Positions 1 through 7,207 of a stretch of 32,559 nucleotides of DNA are shown piece by piece (within the stretch, counting starts at the first letter, position 1; the number at the start of each line of letters is the position of its first letter). The position numbers and the translations under genes were made by a program. The notes under the pieces were generated by a model that worked only from the letters and a program-made list of their open reading frames with translations, was not told the origin of the DNA and ran no database searches. Source of the stretch: a virus (Duplodnaviria; Heunggongvirae; Uroviricota; Caudoviricetes); the IMG/VR virus record IMGVR_UViG_2675903654_000020, positions 1 to 32,559 of that record; one strand, written 5' to 3'.

Positions 1-486
1 ACGATTGAACAACGCGGACCACAAACGGCTGATGAGCTGGCTACATTGTTTGATACCACATCACGCAAAGTGGCTTCAACGCTGGCAATGGCAATCAGCA
101 AAGGTCGTCTGATTCGTGTTAATCAGAACGGTAAATTTCGTTACTGCATGCCGGGCGGTAATTTACCAGCAGAGCCGAAAGCGGCATCGGTAGCGGAAAC
201 TGATGGTAAAGCCTTTCCTCAGCCTGCATGTGTTGCGTTACCAGTACAGGAAGCTGCAACACAGGAAGATATTAAAACAGAAACTGTGGCGGACATTGTG
301 CAGCCGCTTGAGAAGCGAGTGGATAATCTGGTTCTGCCATCGCTGCGACAGGCAAACCGCGAACTGCGTCGGGCGAAAAGTGATATCCGGAAATGGGAGC
401 GAGTCTGTGCCGCGCTGCGGGAGCTGAATAAATATCGCGATATTGTCGCCCAGCTTTGCCAGGAGGCAACCAGTGAGCAAGATTGA
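1..486 (+). CDS. hypothetical phage early-region protein, 5' end outside window
   Basis: Reading frame open from base 1 with no upstream stop; stop at 484-486; downstream gene is translationally coupled. Confidence 0.5.
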   Translation, partial: TIEQRGPQTADELATLFDTTSRKVASTLAMAISKGRLIRVNQNGKFRYCMPGGNLPAEPKAASVAETDGKAFPQPACVALPVQEAATQEDIKTETVADIVQPLEKRVDNLVLPSLRQANRELRRAKSDIRKWERVCAALRELNKYRDIVAQLCQEATSEQD

Positions 487-679
487 CTACCAGGAATTGG
501 CTGCTGCTAACGCTTTCTTGGCGGATGTGCGGGCTGGGGCGTTTAACGACCTTTGCGCGGCGTTTGTCAGGCACGCAAAAATTGCAGGACTGGACGATGG
601 CGATCTCGTTACGGTGAAAGAAGCGACTGATGCGCTGCTGCACTGTGCAGAACAGCTTCGGGAGGGATTCAAGCAATGA
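473..679 (+). CDS. hypothetical small phage protein
   Basis: GTG at 473 with AGGAGG 7 nt upstream, overlapping the stop of the previous gene; the six-frame track start at 443 is TTG. Confidence 0.45.
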   Translation: MSKIDYQELAAANAFLADVRAGAFNDLCAAFVRHAKIAGLDDGDLVTVKEATDALLHCAEQLREGFKQ

Positions 680-930
680 GCGAATCAAAATGCCAGGTTT
701 ATGGCAATCAGATAGAGCCGTGTGCGGCACTGGCAAGGTCCCTTGAGCATGATGCTGAATACACGACGCGAAAAGGTCTGCTGAAATACAAAATCTATAA
801 CAATGAATTAATTTACTCACAAGACTTGATCATGCTGCGGTCAGGTGAATTTTCTAAATTACCGATTCGAGTTTCATTTTGCCCGTTCTGTGGTGAAAGT
901 CTGAAAACGTGGGAGAACAGAAATGAATGA
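676..930 (+). CDS. hypothetical protein with Cys pairs (zinc-ribbon-like CPFC motif)
   Basis: ATG 676 overlaps previous stop (ATGA); GGAGGG RBS at 661-666; Cys pairs at both ends of the protein. Confidence 0.5.
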   Translation: MSESKCQVYGNQIEPCAALARSLEHDAEYTTRKGLLKYKIYNNELIYSQDLIMLRSGEFSKLPIRVSFCPFCGESLKTWENRNE

Positions 931-1234
931 AATTAGAGAAATACCAGTAATACGTGATGAATATGGCTGCTGGACGCATCCTGAGTATGAAAAATTCTGT
1001 GATGGTAGAGAACATATTTCAACGGAAGAGTTTAACGCATGGATGGAGGAAAATAATCTTCAATGGACCATCAGAACTATGGATGAAGATGATTTTAATC
1101 TGGACGCAGATGGTCCCGATATTGCCTCCTGGAAACCGGAGCGCCCGGAAGGTGAAGGCTGGTTCATTGGTTCCATTCATGACACTGAAGATGGTCCTGT
1201 TTGTGTATGGCTAAGAAATAAGGCTGAAGCATAA
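923..1234 (+). CDS. hypothetical acidic phage protein
   Basis: ATG 923 with GGGAGA RBS, overlapping previous stop; 103 aa ORF. Confidence 0.5.
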   Translation: MNEIREIPVIRDEYGCWTHPEYEKFCDGREHISTEEFNAWMEENNLQWTIRTMDEDDFNLDADGPDIASWKPERPEGEGWFIGSIHDTEDGPVCVWLRNKAEA

Positions 1235-1363
1235 AGGGGATAAACCACCTGTCAACAAAACACTGAAAATTTAAATCAGAAGTGAATTTTATTAAATCCT
1301 TAACCGGAGGGATCCCAGCACCCTCAAAATATCACGAGACCGCCCGAAAAGGGCGGTGATGAA

Positions 1364-1504
1364 ATGCGAAAATTTAAAATAATTATCGAGACTGGAATAG
1401 CTTGTGAAAATTTCAAGGATGTATTTGAAGTGGATGATGATCTGACACCAGATGAAATTCATGACGAATACTGCAATTACTCATATCACGAAATAAAAGA
1501 CTAA
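1364..1504 (+). CDS. small ORF (46 aa), hypothetical
   Basis: ATG 1364 just after a GC hairpin (1339-1357); below the ORF-track length cutoff; AT-rich moron region. Confidence 0.2.
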   Translation: MRKFKIIIETGIACENFKDVFEVDDDLTPDEIHDEYCNYSYHEIKD

Positions 1505-1517
1505 GAGGAAGAATGAA

Positions 1518-1628
1518 ATGGCTTATTTTAGCTCCACTAAATATAGCGTCATTTTTGGAGAATGGCATGAACTGTTAATGGACTATGCAGAGTTACGTGG
1601 TAGAAGTGTTGCCGATGACGGAACATAA
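1518..1628 (+). CDS. small ORF (36 aa), hypothetical
   Basis: ATG 1518 with AAGAGGA RBS 8 nt upstream. Confidence 0.2.
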   Translation: MAYFSSTKYSVIFGEWHELLMDYAELRGRSVADDGT

Positions 1629-1721
1629 CGTGGTGTGAAGTTGCATAAGAAACTACTTTAATCGTCCGAAAAGAACATCGTTCTTAACGGCCAAGCAATA
1701 GAGAGTGGTGGTTATAATGAC

Positions 1722-1749
1722 CCCAACCCCGTATAATAAGGGGGTTGGG
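1722..1749 (-). terminator. GC-rich hairpin immediately downstream of the phosphatase gene (9-bp stem CCCAACCCC/GGGGTTGGG, no clear U-tract)
   Basis: Perfect inverted repeat 1722-1730 / 1741-1749 with 10-nt loop; sits about 45 bp past the stop of the minus-strand operon. Confidence 0.3.
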
Positions 1750-1793
1750 ATTAGTGTGGATAAATTAGAATCAATGTTTTTGATATCTAAAAA

Positions 1794-2510
1794 TTAGATT
1801 ACTTTTACGCCTATAAAGGTGTAATCATCCATTATGTTTTTCTCAATCCTTTTTCTTAAACTGTTCGCAAAAGACGTCGGTGAGAGCATTGTTTTCTCAG
1901 AAAACCTTGGTCTGACATCCCAATGCTTATAAGCACCATCGGACATTGCATAAATTTGAAGAGAACCATTAAAAATTAGTTGATTAATCGGAAAAGACAT
2001 TAATTCAAAATTCAGCTCTGTTGTATTTGATAAAGCATTTGTTAGGATTGAAGATAAACGCTCTTTATGATTTCTTAAATTGCGCAATTTATGCTCACCA
2101 GAATCAAGAAGTTCTTGATACCTCGTTTGATCAGTAGTTAACTGATTTAATTTGTTGTTTTTATTAAAGTATACACGGCAATCACCGGAATGGCCAATTA
2201 ACACTTCATTTTTTTTGATATGAACAATTGTTAATGTTGTGGCAGTGCTAATATCTAAATTATCAATTTCTTTTTTAGCCGAATGAAATGCACTTTCAAT
2301 TGAGAAAAAGGAAGTGTCTAGCGCGTGTTTAATACCACGAATGGCAGCATGAGACGCAAGCATTGAATTTTCAGAGGAACCAACGCCATCAGCTACTGCA
2401 AAGACAATGTTAAAATCGCTATCAAAAGATGGCGGTAAATAAAAGTCTTCATTTTCTTTTTTTTGGGGTTGTTTTAGGCTAAAACAAGCCATTTCAATTA
2501 TGTTCTTCAT
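1794..2510 (-). CDS. PP2C-family Ser/Thr protein phosphatase (238 aa)
   Basis: PP2C-like motifs: VADGVGS metal-binding Asp/Gly motif, GHSGDCRVY, MSDGAY, C-terminal DD; ATG with GAGGT RBS; overlaps kinase stop by 17 bp; AT-rich codon usage. Confidence 0.75.
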   Translation of the reverse strand: MKNIIEMACFSLKQPQKKENEDFYLPPSFDSDFNIVFAVADGVGSSENSMLASHAAIRGIKHALDTSFFSIESAFHSAKKEIDNLDISTATTLTIVHIKKNEVLIGHSGDCRVYFNKNNKLNQLTTDQTRYQELLDSGEHKLRNLRNHKERLSSILTNALSNTTELNFELMSFPINQLIFNGSLQIYAMSDGAYKHWDVRPRFSEKTMLSPTSFANSLRKRIEKNIMDDYTFIGVKVI

Positions 2511-3288
2511 TATTTACCTCCCCCATCACTTTTAAAAAATCTTCCAATAACTCCTGTGCGCTCTGATATCGTTCTTCAGGCCAATGGGCGCAACATTTAG
2601 CAATCAATCTTCTTAATTTTTCACTTCTTTCTGTTGGATATATATCAGTGATAATTTTGCCTATAGCGAATATGTCGCTTTGGAAAGAAAAAAGACCGCT
2701 CTCATGTATTTCAGGTGCTCGATATCCGTCTGTACCCATGTGATTGGGCTTAAATTTTGTTTTGACTTCAGCCCGTAGGGTATCTCTATCTTTTACCAGG
2801 CCAAAATCAGATATCTTATATTTCCCATCGGCGTAATAAAGGATGTTTCCTGGTTTTAAATCACGATGTATGTAGTTGTTTTCATGTATGGTGATAATTC
2901 CTTTTAAAATCTGAATGACAGCAGACTTCCTCTCTGCGTCATTCATTCCATTGTTGATGGCTTCATATAAGTTACATTCTGCCAGCTCCATGACAAAATA
3001 AGGTTTATCACCATTTGTATTAAACAAAACTATTGGTGCTATTGAATCATAGTTTATTCTATTGAGTTTGCATTGTGTTTTGATCTCAACTAAAAAACGC
3101 TGTCTTAAATCAGCCAGCTCTTTTATGGCTGTGTTGTCAAAGTCCGGGCAAGGTGAAAAGTATTTGCGAGCATATGTGGTCACGTTGGTCTGGGCTAAAT
3201 TATAGACTTCAACCTTATATACTTCGCCAAACCCCCCTCGTCCTAAACTGCGACCATCTTTAAGTAAATAATTACCGCACCGATCCAC
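2494..3288 (-). CDS. Hanks-type (eukaryotic-like) Ser/Thr protein kinase, kinase domain only (264 aa)
   Basis: Gly-rich loop GRGGFGEV, conserved Lys in ARK, catalytic loop HRDLKPGN, DFG (SDFGL), APE (YRAPE); GTG start with GGGGG RBS; AT-rich. Confidence 0.8.
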   Translation of the reverse strand: MDRCGNYLLKDGRSLGRGGFGEVYKVEVYNLAQTNVTTYARKYFSPCPDFDNTAIKELADLRQRFLVEIKTQCKLNRINYDSIAPIVLFNTNGDKPYFVMELAECNLYEAINNGMNDAERKSAVIQILKGIITIHENNYIHRDLKPGNILYYADGKYKISDFGLVKDRDTLRAEVKTKFKPNHMGTDGYRAPEIHESGLFSFQSDIFAIGKIITDIYPTERSEKLRRLIAKCCAHWPEERYQSAQELLEDFLKVMGEVNNEEHN

Positions 3289-3584
3289 GGCGCCCCCCTA
3301 ACTCTAAGTAATGGATTGATAAGACTGGAAAAACATATATATCTCCTTTTATACACGTTTGCTATTTTTATTGCAATGCTCCACCTGTGGAGGACCAGGA
3401 AGGGCGATATTCTGATGAGTCTTTAACTGATTGAATTCGCTCCGATGCGGGACTTCCCACATCGGGAGAACATTACCACTAGGGGTAAAAACGATTTGCG
3501 GGAAAAGGATAGTTAAGTAGAATTGCTGCGGGTGCTTGAGGCTATCTGTCTCAGGCATGCCACCAAAGGCAGATAGAGAAAAGC

Positions 3585-3650
3585 CCCAGTTAACATTACG
3601 CGTCCTGCAAGACGCTTAACATTAATCTGAGGCCAATTTCATGCCAGACA
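3585..3650 (-). ncRNA. predicted Sok-like antisense RNA of the hok locus (position approximate)
   Basis: Inferred from Hok/Sok family architecture (antisense RNA overlapping the mok start region); boundaries not resolved from sequence. Confidence 0.25.
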
Positions 3651-3853
3651 CATGTAGGTTAGCCTCTTACGTGCCGAAAGGCAAGGAGAAGCAGGCTATG
3701 AAGCAGCAAAAGGCGATGTTAATCGCCCTGATCGTCATCTGTTTAACCGTCATAGTGACGGCACTGGTAACGAGGAAAGACCTCTGCGAGGTACGAATCC
3801 GAACCGGCCAGACGGAGGTCGCTGTCTTCACAGCTTACGAACCTGAGGAGTAA
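3641..3853 (+). CDS. Mok-like overlapping reading frame of the hok locus
   Basis: ATG 3641 in frame with hok and ending at the same stop, as in hok/mok loci. Confidence 0.4.
   Translation: MPDTCRLASYVPKGKEKQAMKQQKAMLIALIVICLTVIVTALVTRKDLCEVRIRTGQTEVAVFTAYEPEE
3698..3853 (+). CDS. hokD: Hok-family type I toxin (51 aa), HokD/RelF-like
   Basis: Protein MKQQKAMLIALIVICLTVIVTALVTRKDLCEVRIRTGQTEVAVFTAYEPEE matches my recollection of HokD; single TM helix; leader homologous to hok mRNA; intrinsic terminator downstream. Confidence 0.8.
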   Translation: MKQQKAMLIALIVICLTVIVTALVTRKDLCEVRIRTGQTEVAVFTAYEPEE

Positions 3854-3921
3854 GAGACCCGGCGGGGGAGAAATCCCTCGCCACCTCTGATGTGTCAGGC
3901 ATCCTCAACGCACCCGCACTA

Positions 3922-3945
3922 AACCCGCTTCGGCGGGTTTTTTGT
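3922..3945 (+). terminator. Rho-independent terminator at the hok mRNA 3' end
   Basis: Stem CCCGC-TTCG-GCGGG followed by a run of 7 T. Confidence 0.7.
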
Positions 3946-4128
3946 TGCGCGCTGAATACGCAGTGTGAAAAATAACCATATATTTGATTATATACACAAC
4001 AAAAAATAAAAGTCATTGTACCTGCACATTAAATAATCAAATATACGGCGTGAAATAAATATTTTTCAGATTAATATTTTTGTCTCTATGTGGATATAAC
4101 CGTTTGTACTTATAAATCTGGAGGCATC

Positions 4129-4341
4129 GTGAAAAAAATAAAGAAACTATTTAGTAGTAAATACGCAGTCATACGTCGTGATGACCTGTCAGTTATAGTC
4201 GAAATGGATTACTTCCCTGAAACCCCAAAATCAATGATGTATCGTAATGGTCGAAAGGCAATTTTTTTACCGATGAGGGTAAGTGACATTATGGGAAATG
4301 ATAAACTGCTGGATGAATTGCGAGTCAGAGCATCCTGTTAG
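4129..4341 (+). CDS. hypothetical small protein, possibly Rem-like (Qin prophage synteny)
   Basis: GTG 4129 with GGAGG RBS 4 nt upstream; the longest ORF (from 4090) would be 83 aa; position between hokD and nin/Q genes resembles the Qin-like order as I recall it. Confidence 0.45.
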   Translation: MKKIKKLFSSKYAVIRRDDLSVIVEMDYFPETPKSMMYRNGRKAIFLPMRVSDIMGNDKLLDELRVRASC

Positions 4342-4412
4342 TATTGGCATTAATTCTGGTATACTACATAACGGGCTGAACACCCATTCTACTGCGCCAG
4401 CGGAGAACTACG

Positions 4413-5012
4413 ATGGCGCATATACAACTGGTCAAACAAACCTCTTCCGGATTACTTCTCCCGGCGACGCCGGAGAGTTGCGATTTTTTGCATCAAATCA
4501 AAATAGGTGAGTGGATACACGCAGACTTTAAGCGTGTACGTAACTACGCATTCCACAAGCGTTTTTTCAAACTCCTGCAACTGGGATTCGATTACTGGAC
4601 TCCGGTCGGTGGGGCGATCACCCCTCGAGAACGAAAACTGGTTTCAGGATTCGTTGATTACCTGTGCGAATCGGTAGGTCGGGAACATACTCCAGCCCTG
4701 AGTGATGCCGCAGAGCAATATTTGAATACCGTTGCGACACGCAGAACCCGGGATACGGCATTGCTAAAGTCGTTTGAGGCTTTCCGCGAGTGGGTAACCA
4801 TTCAGGCCGGATTTTACACCGAGCATATTTATCCGGACGGTAGCCGCGGGCGTCGAGCGAAATCCATCGCGTTTGCGAATATGGACGAAACCGAGTTTCA
4901 GCAGGTTTATAAATCTGTGCTGAATGTGCTGTGGAACTGGATCCTGTTCCGTAAATTTTCCTCTCCGGAACAAGTCGAAAATGTGGCCGCGCAGCTGCTG
5001 GAGTTTGCGTAA
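4413..5012 (+). CDS. hypothetical nin-region protein (199 aa)
   Basis: ATG 4413 with GGAGA RBS; coupled to downstream genes; typical of lambdoid nin region upstream of Q. Confidence 0.55.
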   Translation: MAHIQLVKQTSSGLLLPATPESCDFLHQIKIGEWIHADFKRVRNYAFHKRFFKLLQLGFDYWTPVGGAITPRERKLVSGFVDYLCESVGREHTPALSDAAEQYLNTVATRRTRDTALLKSFEAFREWVTIQAGFYTEHIYPDGSRGRRAKSIAFANMDETEFQQVYKSVLNVLWNWILFRKFSSPEQVENVAAQLLEFA

Positions 5013-5302
5013 TGGTGGATTTACGTAAAGCGGCGCGGGGGCAGATGTGCACCGTCAGAATCCCTGGATACTGCAATCACAATCCTGAAACGTCTGTGCT
5101 GGCGCATTACCGACTGGCGGGAACGTGTGGAACGGCGATAAAACCACACGATATGCAGGCAGCGATTGCCTGTAGCTCGTGCCACGATTTAATCGACGGG
5201 CGGGTAAAAACCAGCGATTACACCAAAGAAGAATTACGCCTGATGCATGCAGAAGGTGTTTTTCGCACACAAGAAATCTGGAGAAAGGAAGGTTATTTAT
5301 GA
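5012..5302 (+). CDS. Cys-rich putative zinc-binding protein (96 aa)
   Basis: ATG overlaps previous stop (TAATG); Cys clusters CxxxxxxxxC and CxxC-like (CSSCH). Confidence 0.5.
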   Translation: MVDLRKAARGQMCTVRIPGYCNHNPETSVLAHYRLAGTCGTAIKPHDMQAAIACSSCHDLIDGRVKTSDYTKEELRLMHAEGVFRTQEIWRKEGYL

Positions 5303-5853
5303 TTTACCCAACGAATACAGGAAAAAGCGGAGAACACCTTCGTCTCACCACGCTGGAAAGTGTCTGGATTCAGGGGAAACTGCGTATGTGGGGGCGCTGG
5401 TCGTATATTGGTGGCGGTAAGACGGGGAATATGTTTAACCAGATGTTGACCTCTAAAAAGCTGACAAAAACGGCAATTAACGAGGCGCTCCGGAGGATGA
5501 AAAAAGCAGGGCTGGACAAACCTGAACTTGAGGCTTTTTTGCGGGATATGATCAACGGCAAGCAAAAAAGCTGGCTGGTGCATTGTACTGATGCAGAGGC
5601 GTTATGCATTGATCGGGTGATTAGTGAAGTGCTGGCAGAACACCCAGGATTGATTTGTATCCTCCGGCAACGATATGAAGGGAGGGGGATGACTAAGCGA
5701 AAAATGGCTGAATTGCTGAATGGTTCACACCCTGAGTGGTGTTACGCCACGTGCCGTAATCGCATAGATGCGTGGTTGAAAATGGCAGAGTTTATGCTCT
5801 ATCTGCCGATGCGTGATGCATTCTCTTCCGGGGATCTAAAAACCGTCTGTTGA
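5299..5853 (+). CDS. late-gene antiterminator Q-like protein (184 aa)
   Basis: ATG 5299 with AAGGAAGG RBS, overlapping previous stop (ATGA); immediately followed by a near-consensus promoter and a terminator, the classic Q-pR'-tR' arrangement; family assignment by position and recollection, not by search. Confidence 0.55.
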   Translation: MIYPTNTGKSGEHLRLTTLESVWIQGKLRMWGRWSYIGGGKTGNMFNQMLTSKKLTKTAINEALRRMKKAGLDKPELEAFLRDMINGKQKSWLVHCTDAEALCIDRVISEVLAEHPGLICILRQRYEGRGMTKRKMAELLNGSHPEWCYATCRNRIDAWLKMAEFMLYLPMRDAFSSGDLKTVC

Positions 5854-5879
5854 CTCAATCTGTTATCCGGGGCTATATT
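5850..5879 (+). promoter_or_regulatory. candidate late promoter pR' (TTGACT -35, 18-bp spacer, TATATT -10)
   Basis: -35 TTGACT at 5850-5855 overlapping the Q stop codon, -10 TATATT at 5874-5879. Confidence 0.5.
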
Positions 5880-5940
5880 CCTCACGCGCCAGCAAAATCT
5901 GGCGTCGGGATTGGCGTCCTGGATAGAGACCGCGACAGAT

Positions 5941-5963
5941 ACACGCCGCGAGCGTGTTTTTTA
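5941..5963 (+). terminator. intrinsic terminator downstream of the candidate late promoter (tR'-like)
   Basis: Stem ACACGC / GCGTGT with 5-nt loop followed by TTTTTT. Confidence 0.55.
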
Positions 5964-6123
5964 TTGTCGTATGCACGCGCACATCTGAATTATGGTGGGC
6001 TGTGTGGGGGCGGAGAGATCCGCGCCGGTCGGTTTCCCGGTTACGCCAACCCTGCACAGTTCACCACCAGACGATTGGCGTCGTCGGTGGTGAGTTATTA
6101 AGAAACCACCAGAGGGCGTCATT

Positions 6124-6735
6124 ATGACAACTCAAATTTCTGTTGAAACTCTCTCCCCTATCACCCATAACCAGATTCCTGTTATTACCACCGAACTTTT
6201 GGCGCAGCTTTACGGCACTGAGCCGGTGCGTATTCGCCAGAATCATCATGAGAACAAAGCACGCTTCGTTGAAGGGAAACACTTTTTCAAAGTTGTTGGT
6301 AATGACCTTAAAGAATTGCGGGTAGCTTTAAACTACTCACAAAATTTGCGGGTTACTTTAAGTAACTCACAAAATTTGCAACCATCTTTAAGAGGGTTAC
6401 AAATTTCCCCGAAAGCCCGCTCCCTTATCCTCTGGACAGAACGAGGCGCAGCCCGTCACGCCAAAATGCTCGAAACCGATCAGGCGTGGGATGTGTTCGA
6501 AAAACTGGAAGACTGCTATTTCAGACAAAAGGATCTGTCAGCGCCAGCTTCATGCCAGAAAAGTTACGACACGCGAGTTCTCTGTTATCAGCGAGGCGGT
6601 GTCACTGTTTCCACAATTCAGTTGCGGGATGATGATATTGTTATTTCCCTTGAGTCATGGCTGGAACTGGCGAGAGCCAATGGTTGGTTTGTTGTTCGCA
6701 GAGATAAACTGGTGGAAAGGCTGATGCAGCTTTAA
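6124..6735 (+). CDS. ORF6N-domain (Bro-N/antirepressor-like) protein
   Basis: N-terminal ORF6N-like region (IPVITTELLAQLYGTEPVRIRQNHHENKARFVEGKHFFKV) and conserved LILWTERGAARHAKMLETDQAWDVFEKLE segment; ATG with AGAGGG RBS. Confidence 0.65.
   Translation: MTTQISVETLSPITHNQIPVITTELLAQLYGTEPVRIRQNHHENKARFVEGKHFFKVVGNDLKELRVALNYSQNLRVTLSNSQNLQPSLRGLQISPKARSLILWTERGAARHAKMLETDQAWDVFEKLEDCYFRQKDLSAPASCQKSYDTRVLCYQRGGVTVSTIQLRDDDIVISLESWLELARANGWFVVRRDKLVERLMQL
6318..6377 (+). repeat. two tandem 30-bp units (25/30 identical) inside the ORF6N gene, with a degenerate third copy to about 6406
   Basis: Units 6318-6347 and 6348-6377; each contains a near-palindrome (for example GTTAC-TTTAA-GTAAC); in frame, encoding a 10-aa repeat. 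Confidence 0.6.
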
Positions 6736-6830
6736 AAAAGTTCTTGCAATTTTAGCCATAAACTGCTTCAATTCCGGTACGCTTCGCAAAGCTGTATCGC
6801 GAGGCGAATCAAGCGCATGAACTTTACCAG

Positions 6831-6859
6831 AACCCGCCATTGAGCGGGTTTTGTTGTTT
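6831..6859 (+). terminator. intrinsic terminator after the ORF6N gene
   Basis: Stem CCCGC / GCGGG with CATTGA loop followed by a T-rich tract. Confidence 0.55.
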
Positions 6860-7082
6860 CTGACGGATAGAAAAATGAAATAGCTAAATAAAAAGAATGC
6901 ATTGGATGCCATATATTGGCAACGTGACGACAGCGTTAATCTGGTCGGGCTCCCATGGCGACGTAGTGAGGGAGAGGAAGCGTAAAGCATCACTGAGTTA
7001 CGGTTGGCACCCGGTTTAACGCGTAAGTAGCCTGATAAAGAGATAGTGCACCGCGGCACTCACAGCGGCAACGATTAACTGA

Positions 7083-7107
7083 CCTCGGCATTTGCCGGGG
7101 TTTTTTT
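7083..7107 (+). terminator. strong intrinsic terminator upstream of the lysis genes
   Basis: 7-bp GC-rich stem (CCTCGGC / GCCGGGG) with 4-nt loop followed by 7 T. Confidence 0.65.
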
Positions 7108-7207
7108 ATTTAAGGCCGCAGACAGGCCCATTTAGTGCAACGCCTTTCCCCGTTTCCGCTCCTGGAATATTCGGGGATTTTTTATTCCCTCAATTTGCAC
7201 CCGCGAT

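Noticed and set aside
3349-3558. 69-aa minus-strand ORF between the kinase gene and the hok locus
   Set aside because: It overlaps the predicted hok promoter and the start of the hok mRNA leader, has no convincing RBS and its sequence reads like non-coding regulatory DNA; more likely a chance ORF.
5850-6101. 83-aa plus-strand ORF immediately after the Q gene
   Set aside because: It spans the candidate late promoter and the terminator hairpin; this region is better explained as the pR'/tR' regulatory unit.
6655-7059. 134-aa minus-strand ORF in the Q-lysis intergenic gap
   Set aside because: It runs antisense through two plus-strand terminators and the 3' end of the ORF6N gene, with no RBS; treated as a spurious ORF.
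6736-7207. Possible tRNA genes between Q and the lysis genes, as in Stx-type lambdoid phages
   Set aside because: No T-loop (GTTCGA-type) or acceptor/D-arm structure was recognisable by eye; only terminators and a short ORF were seen. A covariance-model scan would settle it.
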